Assembly (NCBI GenBank): GCA_963665235.2
Contig: CAXXLX010000001.1
Coordinates: forward strand, 224,001-288,000
DNA: 64,000 bases
Reading direction: 5' to 3'
Source of the DNA: Candidatus Poribacteria bacterium
Lineage (GTDB): Bacteria; Poribacteria; WGA-4E; WGA-3G
Under the pieces are notes generated by a model, which made no database searches, was not told the DNA's origin, and saw nothing but the letters and a program-made list of their open reading frames with translations. Positions 27,137-36,925 of the stretch are shown piece after piece (position 1 is the stretch's first letter; the number at the start of each line of letters is the position of its first letter). A program made the position numbers and the translations under genes.

Positions 27137-28810
27137 TTAGAACCGGTAGAGGGCTTTTGCCTGGATTTCATTGCTGTTCTCATGGACTCCCTGGCGATGT
27201 CCTAAATTCCGGTGCCAGATGCGCGTCCAATCCGCATAGAACGAATAATGCCCAATAACAACCCAATTAAAACCAATTTTCAACCGATGTTGGCTGTGCG
27301 TAAGTCCTGATAAAGGTGTCCAAACATCGTCTTTGGGAGCGTCAGGCGAATGCGGTTTATTGATGTCGCCTTCACCGTGCCGTTCTAATTGATAACTGAA
27401 AACGGTTTCAAGTTTGTCTGTCCAACGCCGTCGCAGTTCAATCCATAAATTGTCAGCATCTGCGCCAATAGGGTGCCCAATAACAGAGGTAAAATGTTTA
27501 TATACGTTGACCGGATTGACGTGTGTATATGTGTACTGGTTAATAAACGTGTATTCGGCGTGGAAATCGGTGTTGGACAGCCCAAATGGGTCTGTCAGAT
27601 AAATGCCGCCAAGTACGCCGAATTTTGTATCCCAATGCTTAAAACCGGCAGCGGGATTTCCATCGTCAACCATCAATTCACCATATATTTCAAAGTTGTC
27701 CATGGGGCGGAGACGCATATCCATGCTTATTAAGACATTGTCACCACTCCCCGGTGCGCGGCTATCTGCACGCGATATGGTCTGCTCATTTATGAGGTAG
27801 ATGTTGACCGGGTTCACATATCCCAATTCAAAACGGTTTCCGTAGACGACTAGCTCTGAGAATCCCAAACCAAATCTATCGTAGAAATATCCCTCAATTC
27901 TGTGTCCGGAGATATATTTTTCATTGATGTCTTCGGACATATCCTCTAAAACACCGGTGAAGGCGGTAAAAGATACGGTTTTGTATGTAGTTTGAAGTTT
28001 CAGCATGTCAATGGCTATAGGGTTTGAAGAAATCAATAAATTTCCGTGATATCCTGGGCCCCATTGTAGGTTGTCCTGTCCAAATTGTAGTTCGAACCAG
28101 GGCATTTTAAACTTGAGATAGCTATTGATTGCGGTTCTGTTTTTGAGTTCTCCCTCTAATTGTCTATATTTGGACTCATCCGGGAAGACATCGTCAAAAA
28201 TGTCGCCGTATAAGAATCTGTAGGCTATATCTGCTGTGAAGGCAAAATTCTCCTCGAACTGTCCATATATATGTGGGAACAGTGTGGTAATGTGCATATT
28301 CCCCTCGGCAGGCTGTTCTGAGGAGAGGTTATCAACAAGTCGTGTAATAACGCGTTGCGATGCTCTCAGATCGAAAGAGAATCGATAGTTTTCATCAGCA
28401 AGTGTCATCAGGTGCAATCGCCTGCCGGTCGGTTTTTGTGTTTCACCCTCTGTCCCGTTTTTCTGCGCTGGTTTCGGCAATTCTTCTGCCTCGCGGTAAA
28501 AGGTTAACAAGGCGTTTAAACGTCCCTGGTCAATTGGACTCAATATGATTTCGCCAGTGTCTACCTGCCGTGCTACTTCCATTAGGGACGATGTAACCTG
28601 TCCACGTGTGAGGGGCAACGACCCGCGCGTTATGCCGGGCAAAACCCGTTTATTAAGTAAACGATGAATAAAGCGATAGGTTTCACGATTAAAGTCGGAA
28701 AGCTCCGGATTCAGCGGAACGTTGATTAACGATGCAGCGTGGACCATCGGCGAAGTTAGTATTAACGCTGCGGTGTAAACAATTAAAAGCACTCGTAATA
28801 GAATTATCAT
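27137..28810 (-). CDS. Capsule assembly Wzi family outer-membrane protein
   Basis: FGQDNLQWGPGYHGNLLIS, SGHRIE, SELVVY, DNVLIS, YGELMVDD and IGHPIG motifs; C-terminal YRF. Confidence 0.8.
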   Translation of the reverse strand: MIILLRVLLIVYTAALILTSPMVHAASLINVPLNPELSDFNRETYRFIHRLLNKRVLPGITRGSLPLTRGQVTSSLMEVARQVDTGEIILSPIDQGRLNALLTFYREAEELPKPAQKNGTEGETQKPTGRRLHLMTLADENYRFSFDLRASQRVITRLVDNLSSEQPAEGNMHITTLFPHIYGQFEENFAFTADIAYRFLYGDIFDDVFPDESKYRQLEGELKNRTAINSYLKFKMPWFELQFGQDNLQWGPGYHGNLLISSNPIAIDMLKLQTTYKTVSFTAFTGVLEDMSEDINEKYISGHRIEGYFYDRFGLGFSELVVYGNRFELGYVNPVNIYLINEQTISRADSRAPGSGDNVLISMDMRLRPMDNFEIYGELMVDDGNPAAGFKHWDTKFGVLGGIYLTDPFGLSNTDFHAEYTFINQYTYTHVNPVNVYKHFTSVIGHPIGADADNLWIELRRRWTDKLETVFSYQLERHGEGDINKPHSPDAPKDDVWTPLSGLTHSQHRLKIGFNWVVIGHYSFYADWTRIWHRNLGHRQGVHENSNEIQAKALYRF

Positions 28811-30876
28811 TTGAGGATTACCATTTGACGTGTAAGTTTAACTTTTCCTGCTTGTAGTGAATAAAAATAGAGACCGCTAGCGACCGGTTCGCCAGTGGCA
28901 TTCTGTCCATCCCAATATGCAGCCTGAGACCGCGTTCGATATGTCCCCGCGGTTTGGAAACCGAGCGATAACTGCCGAATAGAGTCGCCTTTCATGTTAT
29001 AGATATGGATGTAGACATGTGCGTCTTCCGCCAAATCATAAGGTATCCACGTTTCGGGATTGAATGGATTCGGATAGTTCGGTAGCAGGACGGTTTTTTC
29101 TGGCGTGACGGTATGTAGTAATGCCTCCAAGTTTGCCATGCCGTGGCGAAAAACATCGGAACCATCATCCACTCGGGACGCTTCAGTGAGCCATGCTGCG
29201 ATTCGGTCAATATGCTTCGGCAGCAAGGCTTCAGATTGTGATGGTGCTGCTGGGTTTGTAGTTTCTCCGAAATGTGCTGCAACTATAAGCAAATCGATGA
29301 TGTTAACGCTACCATCTCTGTTCACGTCAACTTTCGGATTTTCCGGTGCTGCTGCTCCAAAACTATTTGAGATGAGAAGGAGGTCTTCTATATCAACGAC
29401 CCCATCTCCGTTTATATCCCAGGGTAATGTTTGGAGGGCTGATATTAGTTCGTAATCCTCTGGCAATGCTGCTCGCCATCCGGCACGGAGCTGCTCGCTG
29501 AGCTGGGCGACCAGTTCGCTGTTTTCTGGGAGTGAGGCGATGTTGACTGTCTCATCCGGGTCAATCTGATAATCGTAAAGTTCCTGACCGAGGGTGCCAT
29601 TGTTTCCCCATTCGGTGTATCGGTACCGTTCCGTTCGCATAGAATTTCCTTTGCCCCAAGATATTTGACTAAAGGCAGCGGTTTTCCAGGGATGTCTCGG
29701 GTGTCCAATTACAGGCAGTAAGCTCAGTCCCTCTAATTGTAAAGGTATCGGAAGCTGGCAAGCATCACAAAGCGTTGGATAGATGTCAACGAGTTCCGCC
29801 AGTGCATCGGTTTTTACCCCTTGATAAGTCTGTCTGGGTATGCTGATAATCAAGGGGGAGCGGAGGGAAACTTCAAAAAGGGTGTTTTTCCCCCAGGTCC
29901 CATGCTCCCCGAGATGATAACCGTGGTCCCCTGCGAAAGCGATAACTGTATTGTCAGTTAGTCTAAGCGTGTCTAGTTGGTTTAAAACACGCCCAACTTG
30001 TGCATCCATGTAACTTGTTGATGCAGCATACGCCCGAATCAATTCTAACGTTCTCACATCCGAGAGGTTTTCTTCATTGAGAACATCTTGGAATTTTAAG
30101 ATTTCTCCTAAATCGCTATATTTTCTTTCGACAATAGTTGGGATGCTACGGGGTAGGCTGCCGGTGGGGGGAAGACTAAAATCCACACCTTCGTATAATT
30201 TGTAATACTTCTCTGGCGCGTAGAGAGGCAAATGAGGTTTGGAGAAGCCAACAGCGAGAAAAAACTGTTTTTTTTGAATTACCTTTAAAACCTCTACTGC
30301 ATGCTTTGCGGTTTGTCCATCCCTAAGTTCGTCATCTTCAACATCATAAGCCTGCCAAGAGGGAACAAAGGGCGGGTTGAGGGTACAAGGATTTGTCCAC
30401 GAAGAGACACTCCAAGAGTAGGTATCATCTTGCATTGTTAAGTTATGTGCAATTTTACCAACGGATTGGGTGTGATAGCCGTGTGCTTTAAAGAGCTGTG
30501 GGAGCGTCACAGCGTTTGGTAAATTTTCGCGAAATTCTGCTTTATTGGAAAACACCTTTGTTGTATTAGGCCTTAATCCTGTAAGTATTGAGGCCCGGGA
30601 TGGGTTACACACAGGATATTGACAGTATGCACGATTGAAGAGTGTACCTCGCTGTGCAAGTTTATCAATATTAGGTGTGTGTATCTCCGGATGTCCGTAG
30701 CAGCCTAACAGCGGCCGCAGGTCGTCAACCATAATGAACAACACATTATAACGCTCCGCTGCTTTTGCCTTTAAATTGGGCAACAATCCTGTCGTGAAAG
30801 CCGCTGTCCCCGCTTTTAAAGTCGTTGATAGGAAATCACGGCGCGTAAACGGTTGTGATTGCTTTGTGTCTTTCAT
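28807..30876 (-). CDS. Tat-exported sulfatase (iduronate-2-sulfatase-like) with dockerin-like repeats and FlgD-Ig C-terminal domain
   Basis: TRRDFL; NVLFIMVDDLRP; CNPSR; GFSKPHLP; GDHGYHLGE; DINGDG and DVNRDG repeats; NYPNPFNPETWIPY. Confidence 0.92.
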   Translation of the reverse strand: MKDTKQSQPFTRRDFLSTTLKAGTAAFTTGLLPNLKAKAAERYNVLFIMVDDLRPLLGCYGHPEIHTPNIDKLAQRGTLFNRAYCQYPVCNPSRASILTGLRPNTTKVFSNKAEFRENLPNAVTLPQLFKAHGYHTQSVGKIAHNLTMQDDTYSWSVSSWTNPCTLNPPFVPSWQAYDVEDDELRDGQTAKHAVEVLKVIQKKQFFLAVGFSKPHLPLYAPEKYYKLYEGVDFSLPPTGSLPRSIPTIVERKYSDLGEILKFQDVLNEENLSDVRTLELIRAYAASTSYMDAQVGRVLNQLDTLRLTDNTVIAFAGDHGYHLGEHGTWGKNTLFEVSLRSPLIISIPRQTYQGVKTDALAELVDIYPTLCDACQLPIPLQLEGLSLLPVIGHPRHPWKTAAFSQISWGKGNSMRTERYRYTEWGNNGTLGQELYDYQIDPDETVNIASLPENSELVAQLSEQLRAGWRAALPEDYELISALQTLPWDINGDGVVDIEDLLLISNSFGAAAPENPKVDVNRDGSVNIIDLLIVAAHFGETTNPAAPSQSEALLPKHIDRIAAWLTEASRVDDGSDVFRHGMANLEALLHTVTPEKTVLLPNYPNPFNPETWIPYDLAEDAHVYIHIYNMKGDSIRQLSLGFQTAGTYRTRSQAAYWDGQNATGEPVASGLYFYSLQAGKVKLTRQMVILK

Positions 30877-30887
30877 ACGTTTTTCCT

Positions 30888-32951
30888 TTATTTTCTAATT
30901 ACCATTCGGCGTGTCGCACGCGTCAGACCCGCTTGCAATGTATAGAAATAGACACCGCTCGAAACAGGCTCACCAACCGAATTCCGACCATCCCAACGCG
31001 CCGCACGAGCCTGCGTCCGATATACCCCAGCCGTTTGAAATCCTACCTTGAGATGCCGGATAGACTCTCCTTGGACATTGTAGATGTGGATATCAACATC
31101 AGCGTCCACTGCTAAATCGTAAGGTATCCAGGTTTCTGGGTTAAAAGGGTTCGGATAGTTCGGTAAAAGCCCCGTTTTTTCGGGGATAGTGCTGTTAAGC
31201 AGTCTCTCCAAGGTAACGATGCCGCGCTGAAAAACAGCAGCGTTAGCGTTAATCAGACGTGCCTCAGTGAGCCACTCTTCAATAGAGTCAGCATGTTCCG
31301 GCAGAAGGGCAGTAGCGTTTGGTGGTGCTGCTGCACCGGTAGTTTCTCCGAGATGCGCTGCAACTATAAGCAAATCTATGATGTTAATTTTACCGTCTTT
31401 GTTAACGTCAACTTTCGGATTTTCCGGTGCGGATGCCCCAAAACTATTTGAGATGAGAAGGAGATCTTCTATATCAACGACCCCATCTCCGTTTATATCC
31501 CAGGGTAATGTTTGGGTGCCTGGTATTTGTTCGGAACCCTCTGGCAATGCCGCTTGCCACCCGGCATGAAGCTGTTCGCTGAGCTGTTTAATGAGTTCAG
31601 CGTTTTCTGGGTGCCCCGCGATATTGATAGTTTCGTTTGAGTCGCTATGGTAATCGTAAAGTTCTTGTCCGCGGCTTCCATAGTTTCCCCATTCGGTGTA
31701 TCGGTATTGTGTGGTCCGGATGGACCGGCCCTTTGTCCCGCCACGGTTGAACTCACTAAAAGCCCCTGTTTTCCATAACCGAGCCGGTTGCTCAATGACA
31801 GGCATCAGACTGAACCCTTCTAACGTTGTGGGTATCGGAAGTTGACAGGCATCACAGAGCGTTGGGTAAATGTCAACAAGTTCAGATAGCGCATCCGTTT
31901 CTGAGGGGTGTTGCCCGGGTATACTGACAATTAAGGGTGAAGAGAGCGAAGCTTCAAACAGGGTTTGCTTCCCCCATATACCTTGCTCGCCGAGATGATG
32001 TCCGTGGTCCCCGCAGAATATAGTGACAGTATTTTCAGTGAGCCCGAGAGCATCTAATTGCCCCAGGACGCGTCCAATCTGTGCATCTATGTAACTTGTG
32101 GATGCGGCATAAGCGCGAATTAGCTCCAAGGTTTTCGCATCAGAAAGTGGCTCGTTTCCGACAGGTAGGTCTTGAAAGTCTCTGATTGAACTCCAATTGG
32201 TAAGTGCGCTAGTAGGGGCATCTTCAGGAGACACAGAAGAACCGGGCAGGTCGAAGTCCGTGGTATCGTATAATTCAAAATATTTCCGGGGTGCCTTCAG
32301 GGGGAGATGCGGTTTATAAAAACCGACAGCTAGAAAAAATTGTTGTCGTTTAATCTGTTCCAATACCTGAACAGCTCGTTTTGCTGTTTTTCCATCCCTG
32401 AGGGCGTCGTCTTCAACGTCAAGTGCTTCCCAAGAGGGTGTAGTCTGTTTATCAAAAGGTATCCACGTAGGACGCCATGAAGGGCTACTCCATGAGTTTT
32501 CATCATCCTGGTGTGCTGGCAGATGGAAGACTCTACCAACAGATTGCGTATAGTAGCCATGTGCTCTAAAATGTTGCGGGAGCGTGACAACGTCAGGCAC
32601 AGTCTCCCGAAAATGTGTATTGTTATTTACTACATCTGTGGTTTGCGGTCTCAGTCCAGTTATAAAAGAGGTTCGAGATGGGCTGCAGAGTGGATATTGA
32701 CAGTATGCACGGTCGAAGCGCGTGCCCCGTTCTGCTAAACTGTCAATGTTAGGTGTGTGCATCTCCGTATGTCCGTAGCAGCCTAACAGAGGTCGCAGGT
32801 CGTCAACCATAATGAACAACACATTATAACGTCCCGCTGTTTTCGCGCTAAGATTAAGATTAGGCAATAAACCTGTCGTGAAAGCGGCTGTTCCTGCTTT
32901 CAAAGTCGTTGATAAAAAATCCCGGCGCGTAAAAGAACGTTTTTGAATCAT
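30888..32951 (-). CDS. Tat-exported sulfatase paralog with the same architecture
   Basis: TRRDFL; CSPSR; GFYKPHLP; GDHGHHLGE; dockerin-like repeats; NYPNPFNPETWIPY. Confidence 0.92.
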   Translation of the reverse strand: MIQKRSFTRRDFLSTTLKAGTAAFTTGLLPNLNLSAKTAGRYNVLFIMVDDLRPLLGCYGHTEMHTPNIDSLAERGTRFDRAYCQYPLCSPSRTSFITGLRPQTTDVVNNNTHFRETVPDVVTLPQHFRAHGYYTQSVGRVFHLPAHQDDENSWSSPSWRPTWIPFDKQTTPSWEALDVEDDALRDGKTAKRAVQVLEQIKRQQFFLAVGFYKPHLPLKAPRKYFELYDTTDFDLPGSSVSPEDAPTSALTNWSSIRDFQDLPVGNEPLSDAKTLELIRAYAASTSYIDAQIGRVLGQLDALGLTENTVTIFCGDHGHHLGEQGIWGKQTLFEASLSSPLIVSIPGQHPSETDALSELVDIYPTLCDACQLPIPTTLEGFSLMPVIEQPARLWKTGAFSEFNRGGTKGRSIRTTQYRYTEWGNYGSRGQELYDYHSDSNETINIAGHPENAELIKQLSEQLHAGWQAALPEGSEQIPGTQTLPWDINGDGVVDIEDLLLISNSFGASAPENPKVDVNKDGKINIIDLLIVAAHLGETTGAAAPPNATALLPEHADSIEEWLTEARLINANAAVFQRGIVTLERLLNSTIPEKTGLLPNYPNPFNPETWIPYDLAVDADVDIHIYNVQGESIRHLKVGFQTAGVYRTQARAARWDGRNSVGEPVSSGVYFYTLQAGLTRATRRMVIRK

Positions 32952-33034
32952 TAGACCTCCGTTTGCTAATTGCTATTGACTATCCTTCGTGATGAGGAGC
33001 TTACTCCTACCGATACCTCTTTTAATCTACAATA

Positions 33035-33186
33035 ACCCAAGTTGCTACTTATAAGTTTTTAGACTTGGAAACACCGTCTTTAATGAAAATATGCTGAGAA
33101 TTAGCTAATATTTGTCCCGTTCACTTCCAATTTGCACACAAATATGCACAATCTGGAAGATTATGCTACTATGTGGCAACTTAGGT
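33035..33186. mobile_element. MITE type B (TIR accYaagttgcYac), 7-bp TSD TACAATA
   Basis: Ends acccaagttgctac and gtggcaacttaggt (12/14 match). TACAATA at 33028-33034 and 33187-33193. It contains gcacaatc-tggaa-gattatgctac. Confidence 0.8.
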
Positions 33187-33201
33187 TACAATATGCCCCC
33201 A

Positions 33202-34200
33202 TCAATTATACTCTAATTTTGCCATCGTGTCAAAGAAAATTGGCTCGATGCTCCGATGTAAATCAAATGGCGTTCTCGGTGGCACCGGATGTAAGGTCCG
33301 CCGTGCATAATCCAGAAAAGTTTTGTCCAAAGGCAATTCGAGAAAGTCACATAAAGCCAGCAACGTTTCTTCAGGCTTTGAAGTCAACTCCTCAAAACGA
33401 AGTGTATAGATACAATCGGGTAAGTTTTGCCTTAGCTTGAGTCCTTCACGTATTGTCACAACCCATTCAACTGCAGCTCTATCCAAATGCTGGTCAAAAT
33501 TGCTCACATCTTCAACTATGTCTTTAAAACCAGCATCTGTGGTAACAAGCTGCTCAGCTAATAATTTCCACTTACGACTATTCACACCCCACCAGTCATG
33601 TGTCTCATCTTCGACCTGAATGCCGAGCCGTTCTGACCAATTCGCAATTGAACGGCATGTATCCCACCCATTTCGGACGAGAAAAATAAAACGTGCATCC
33701 GGAAATAGGGCCTGTACGAAATCTACCCGAAAGATGAGCTCCGGATATTTATCGACGATGCGGTTTGAACCGGTTGCTGACAAGTATGCCCCGAACAGTT
33801 GTGCAGCGCATCGTCGCATTTCGTCTGTTGCATCGGCAGCGGTGAGCCGGTACTTCGCATCGCTTCGGGTGTAATTCCCAATAATGTCCTCATGTGGGTG
33901 GATGACATGCCACATGGCTTTCGGTTCATTTAGATAGCCGACCTCCTTATGCATGGAAAGCACTATCCCCAGAATTGTTGAGCCGCTTCGCCCTGTTCCT
34001 AGGATGAAGATGGGTTTTTTAACAGGTTTGAATCTCCGCTTACTCCCCGAAATTCTGTTCAACAGAGAGAAAACAAGCGGGTTTATCCACCTGCCTTTTG
34101 TGGTTACAGGGCGCCCTTCAAAGAACGCATAACTCATCAGACGGGTGACCGTTTTCATTGGGCGCGTTCTGATGTAATCAGAACTAAGTTGAGCAATCAT
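33202..34200 (-). CDS. Sulfotransferase
   Basis: 5'-PSB motif PIFILGTGRSGST; VDKYP; 3'-PB motif FLVRNGWD; RFEEL. Confidence 0.9.
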   Translation of the reverse strand: MIAQLSSDYIRTRPMKTVTRLMSYAFFEGRPVTTKGRWINPLVFSLLNRISGSKRRFKPVKKPIFILGTGRSGSTILGIVLSMHKEVGYLNEPKAMWHVIHPHEDIIGNYTRSDAKYRLTAADATDEMRRCAAQLFGAYLSATGSNRIVDKYPELIFRVDFVQALFPDARFIFLVRNGWDTCRSIANWSERLGIQVEDETHDWWGVNSRKWKLLAEQLVTTDAGFKDIVEDVSNFDQHLDRAAVEWVVTIREGLKLRQNLPDCIYTLRFEELTSKPEETLLALCDFLELPLDKTFLDYARRTLHPVPPRTPFDLHRSIEPIFFDTMAKLEYN

Positions 34201-34221
34201 AATATAGGGGTTGTCTGTTAT

Positions 34222-35286
34222 CTACAAGCGTCTTCTTAACGTTTCACGGATGTTCTTTATTCTATCAAGGTTACAAACAAATGCTCCCACCAATTTTATC
34301 GGAAATGAGAGAACACTCACTGTTAGACGCAAAATATTGGGGCGGATTGAAATGGGAACATAGTTATGCTTTTCCATCAACACCCTATTCAGCTTCTGGT
34401 TTATATAAATCTCAGCGGAACTCAGTTTGCCCCCCCTAGTAGGAAGTTCCTGCTCGCGATTAGAACTGTCTTGCCAGTTGTTTGCCCGATTTGAATTGAT
34501 ACCGAGCTGCTGCGGTTTGTCCGTATTAACAGAAGAGCCTACCTGCGGGACCTTGAGCAGCGAGGCTGAGTATTCGATGCCTACGAAATCACATAAATGA
34601 GACACGGTTTCCTCAGGATAGGTGAGGAGTTTCTCAAAATAAATTGAGATGACCCGTTCATTGTCAACGAATTTATCTGCAGCAGTAATGGCTGTGTGCC
34701 AGATGCGGCTGATAGTAATCGGATGATAGTTAATCCAATCCCGGAACGTTTCTTTTATGGGCATATCGCTCCCGCCTAAAAAGCGCCGTTTCCACTTCCG
34801 TTTTTGGGAGAGCAGTACATCCCGCGGGTCGCGTATCATGTTGATGACCTTTGCCTGCGGGTAAAATCGGAGGATATCCTCAATGTAAAAAACGTTGCGC
34901 GGTGTTTGGTCACACGGAATAGTTTTACCGTTTCGGAATGTCTCATATCGGAGAAACGTTGAAAAGAGCTGAGCCGGCGTTTTGGGATATTCGGGTAATT
35001 CCGCAAGAAAGTTCTCAGCTTCTGCTACAAACCCCTTAAAATTCCCGTGTGTGCGATACCCCTCGCGTTGGATGCAGAGCAGTTTTGCTGCCAATTCAAC
35101 CGTCTGCTGTTCAGACAACGTCCCTATAGGAGCGTGACTCTCTTTTGATGCCGGTGCCCAGAGCTGTCCAAAGAAATGGAGCTCGCCAAATGTGTAGATT
35201 TCGGGGTGTTTTCCCAAAATACGGCCCATCATTGTCGTTCCACTCCGACTGTTACCGACCACAAAAAGCATCTTATCCATAGTCAC
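34222..35286 (-). CDS. Sulfotransferase
   Basis: FVVGNSRSGTTM, DQTPRN, IRDPRDVLLS and YFEKL motifs. Confidence 0.9.
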   Translation of the reverse strand: MTMDKMLFVVGNSRSGTTMMGRILGKHPEIYTFGELHFFGQLWAPASKESHAPIGTLSEQQTVELAAKLLCIQREGYRTHGNFKGFVAEAENFLAELPEYPKTPAQLFSTFLRYETFRNGKTIPCDQTPRNVFYIEDILRFYPQAKVINMIRDPRDVLLSQKRKWKRRFLGGSDMPIKETFRDWINYHPITISRIWHTAITAADKFVDNERVISIYFEKLLTYPEETVSHLCDFVGIEYSASLLKVPQVGSSVNTDKPQQLGINSNRANNWQDSSNREQELPTRGGKLSSAEIYINQKLNRVLMEKHNYVPISIRPNILRLTVSVLSFPIKLVGAFVCNLDRIKNIRETLRRRL

Positions 35287-36854
35287 CTTCTGACCTCAAT
35301 TATCCCGAAACTGTTTTTTGGAATTTGTAGGGTTTCCGCTGTCCCACGCCATTCCTGAAGCTGTACCTCAATTGCACCGGACCCCTCCATCTCTGCATTG
35401 CCGCCATTCGTTGCGGTGAGGCTCTCATTTGCAACGTAACGATAGATAGCCTCGCTTTTGAACCGTTTCCCATCAATGAGAAGTTCGGGGGTTAGCGTGT
35501 CACTGGTCCGATTGCTTATCATAATGAACACCGTATCTGTACCGCCTACAGCTTGAACCTGAATTCCTGAGAATTGTTCTCCTTTATAAGTTAACTGCCC
35601 TTCAAGCATCGGAGAATTTGCTATAGCGGCGGTGAACTGTGTATCTGCTGTAGAAAAAGCTTCACCAATTAATTGAAACGTATAGTAAACGGTGCGACGG
35701 ATTGTTTTTCCGTAATCCGATTCAGGTTCGCCGCCGAATTTCCAAAAGGTGCGCGGCGATGGTGGGGTAATCGGTGAAAATACAGGATACCCTTTTCCAG
35801 GGCCGGTAATCACATGAAAGTTCGCCTGCGTTATGTTCGGTTGCCCCAGCATTTTGAGGAAAAAATCTCCGACGTACATTGCATGGAGTTGTGTATTAGC
35901 AACGCGGTTCGCAGGGTTGGCTATATTCCATTCTGTGACCCACATCTCTTTATTCGGAAACAACTTTTGATAGTATGCCAACGCTTCCTCCATGCTATAG
36001 TGTATCCATCCGAAGAGGTAACCACGCATTGCCTCTATATCTACATCCTTAACCGCTTTGTAAGCATAGACGTGAACGGAGTAAGCGTCGTACCAATCGG
36101 TTGATGCGGGGTCAGAATCTCCTGCAAGCCCTTTATCCCATCGGCGTTGCGCTGTTTTTAATAACCAGCCCTCTTTGTGAAAAGCGACAGGGGTTGCACA
36201 GACAGACACCTTTATATCCGAATCAACGGCTTTCATTGCTTGTGCATGTGCTTTGGCTACCTTCATATAGGTTGAAGCGTTACGGAATTTGTTGAGGTAA
36301 TGCGGCAGATAATACTCGTTTCCAAGTTCCCAATGGCTAATATCGTACTCCTTCTGTTTTGCATAACGGACCCATGCAGCACTTTCCTCCGGCGTGCCGG
36401 TCCACAAATTGACAACAATCACCGGTGTTATTTTTAGCTGATTACACAGTTGCATAAAATCGTCAAAAGCGATTTTGCCCTGCCGCCGCTTCTGAAGTTT
36501 AACGTAATTTCCCTTATTTCGTTTATTAAGTTTTGGATTTAGCGTCGAGTCCATTTCACTTTCAATAAAACCTGCTTTTTGCCAATGATAAAAATTACCG
36601 ACTGTGCCCCCGGGAAATCTTAATGTTTTCGGTTGAAGCCCCTCTGTTAAAGCGACAAAATCTTCATCAAGGTAACCGTAATCACCGCTCATCATGTTTG
36701 TATTGAAGCCGTAGAGCTGTTTACGGAGTGGCATCTTTTTGTGTGTGTCAATCTCTAGACGGAGGGAGCCGGAAATTGGCTCCTGTTTATTATTATCAGA
36801 TATGTGGTGTATCAATAGGATGAGCACACATAGGATGAGGATGCCGTAAAACAA
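35283..36854 (-). CDS. Membrane-anchored clan GH-A glycoside hydrolase (GH51/GH79-like)
   Basis: N-terminal TM; LRFPGG; acid/base WELGNE; nucleophile WVTEWN. The start is uncertain. Confidence 0.78.
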   Translation of the reverse strand: MFYGILILCVLILLIHHISDNNKQEPISGSLRLEIDTHKKMPLRKQLYGFNTNMMSGDYGYLDEDFVALTEGLQPKTLRFPGGTVGNFYHWQKAGFIESEMDSTLNPKLNKRNKGNYVKLQKRRQGKIAFDDFMQLCNQLKITPVIVVNLWTGTPEESAAWVRYAKQKEYDISHWELGNEYYLPHYLNKFRNASTYMKVAKAHAQAMKAVDSDIKVSVCATPVAFHKEGWLLKTAQRRWDKGLAGDSDPASTDWYDAYSVHVYAYKAVKDVDIEAMRGYLFGWIHYSMEEALAYYQKLFPNKEMWVTEWNIANPANRVANTQLHAMYVGDFFLKMLGQPNITQANFHVITGPGKGYPVFSPITPPSPRTFWKFGGEPESDYGKTIRRTVYYTFQLIGEAFSTADTQFTAAIANSPMLEGQLTYKGEQFSGIQVQAVGGTDTVFIMISNRTSDTLTPELLIDGKRFKSEAIYRYVANESLTATNGGNAEMEGSGAIEVQLQEWRGTAETLQIPKNSFGIIEVRR

Positions 36855-36925
36855 TAGGTAAATAATACTGCGAGATGGTTTTCACTATATTTCATAAACA
36901 TATTCCTGTAGCAGAGCCCCAAGAT

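Noticed and set aside
28807-32951. Diversity-generating retroelement (TR/VR pair) explaining near-identical segments in paralogs
   Set aside because: There is no reverse transcriptase in the window, differences are not adenine-specific, and both copies are inside full paralogous genes.
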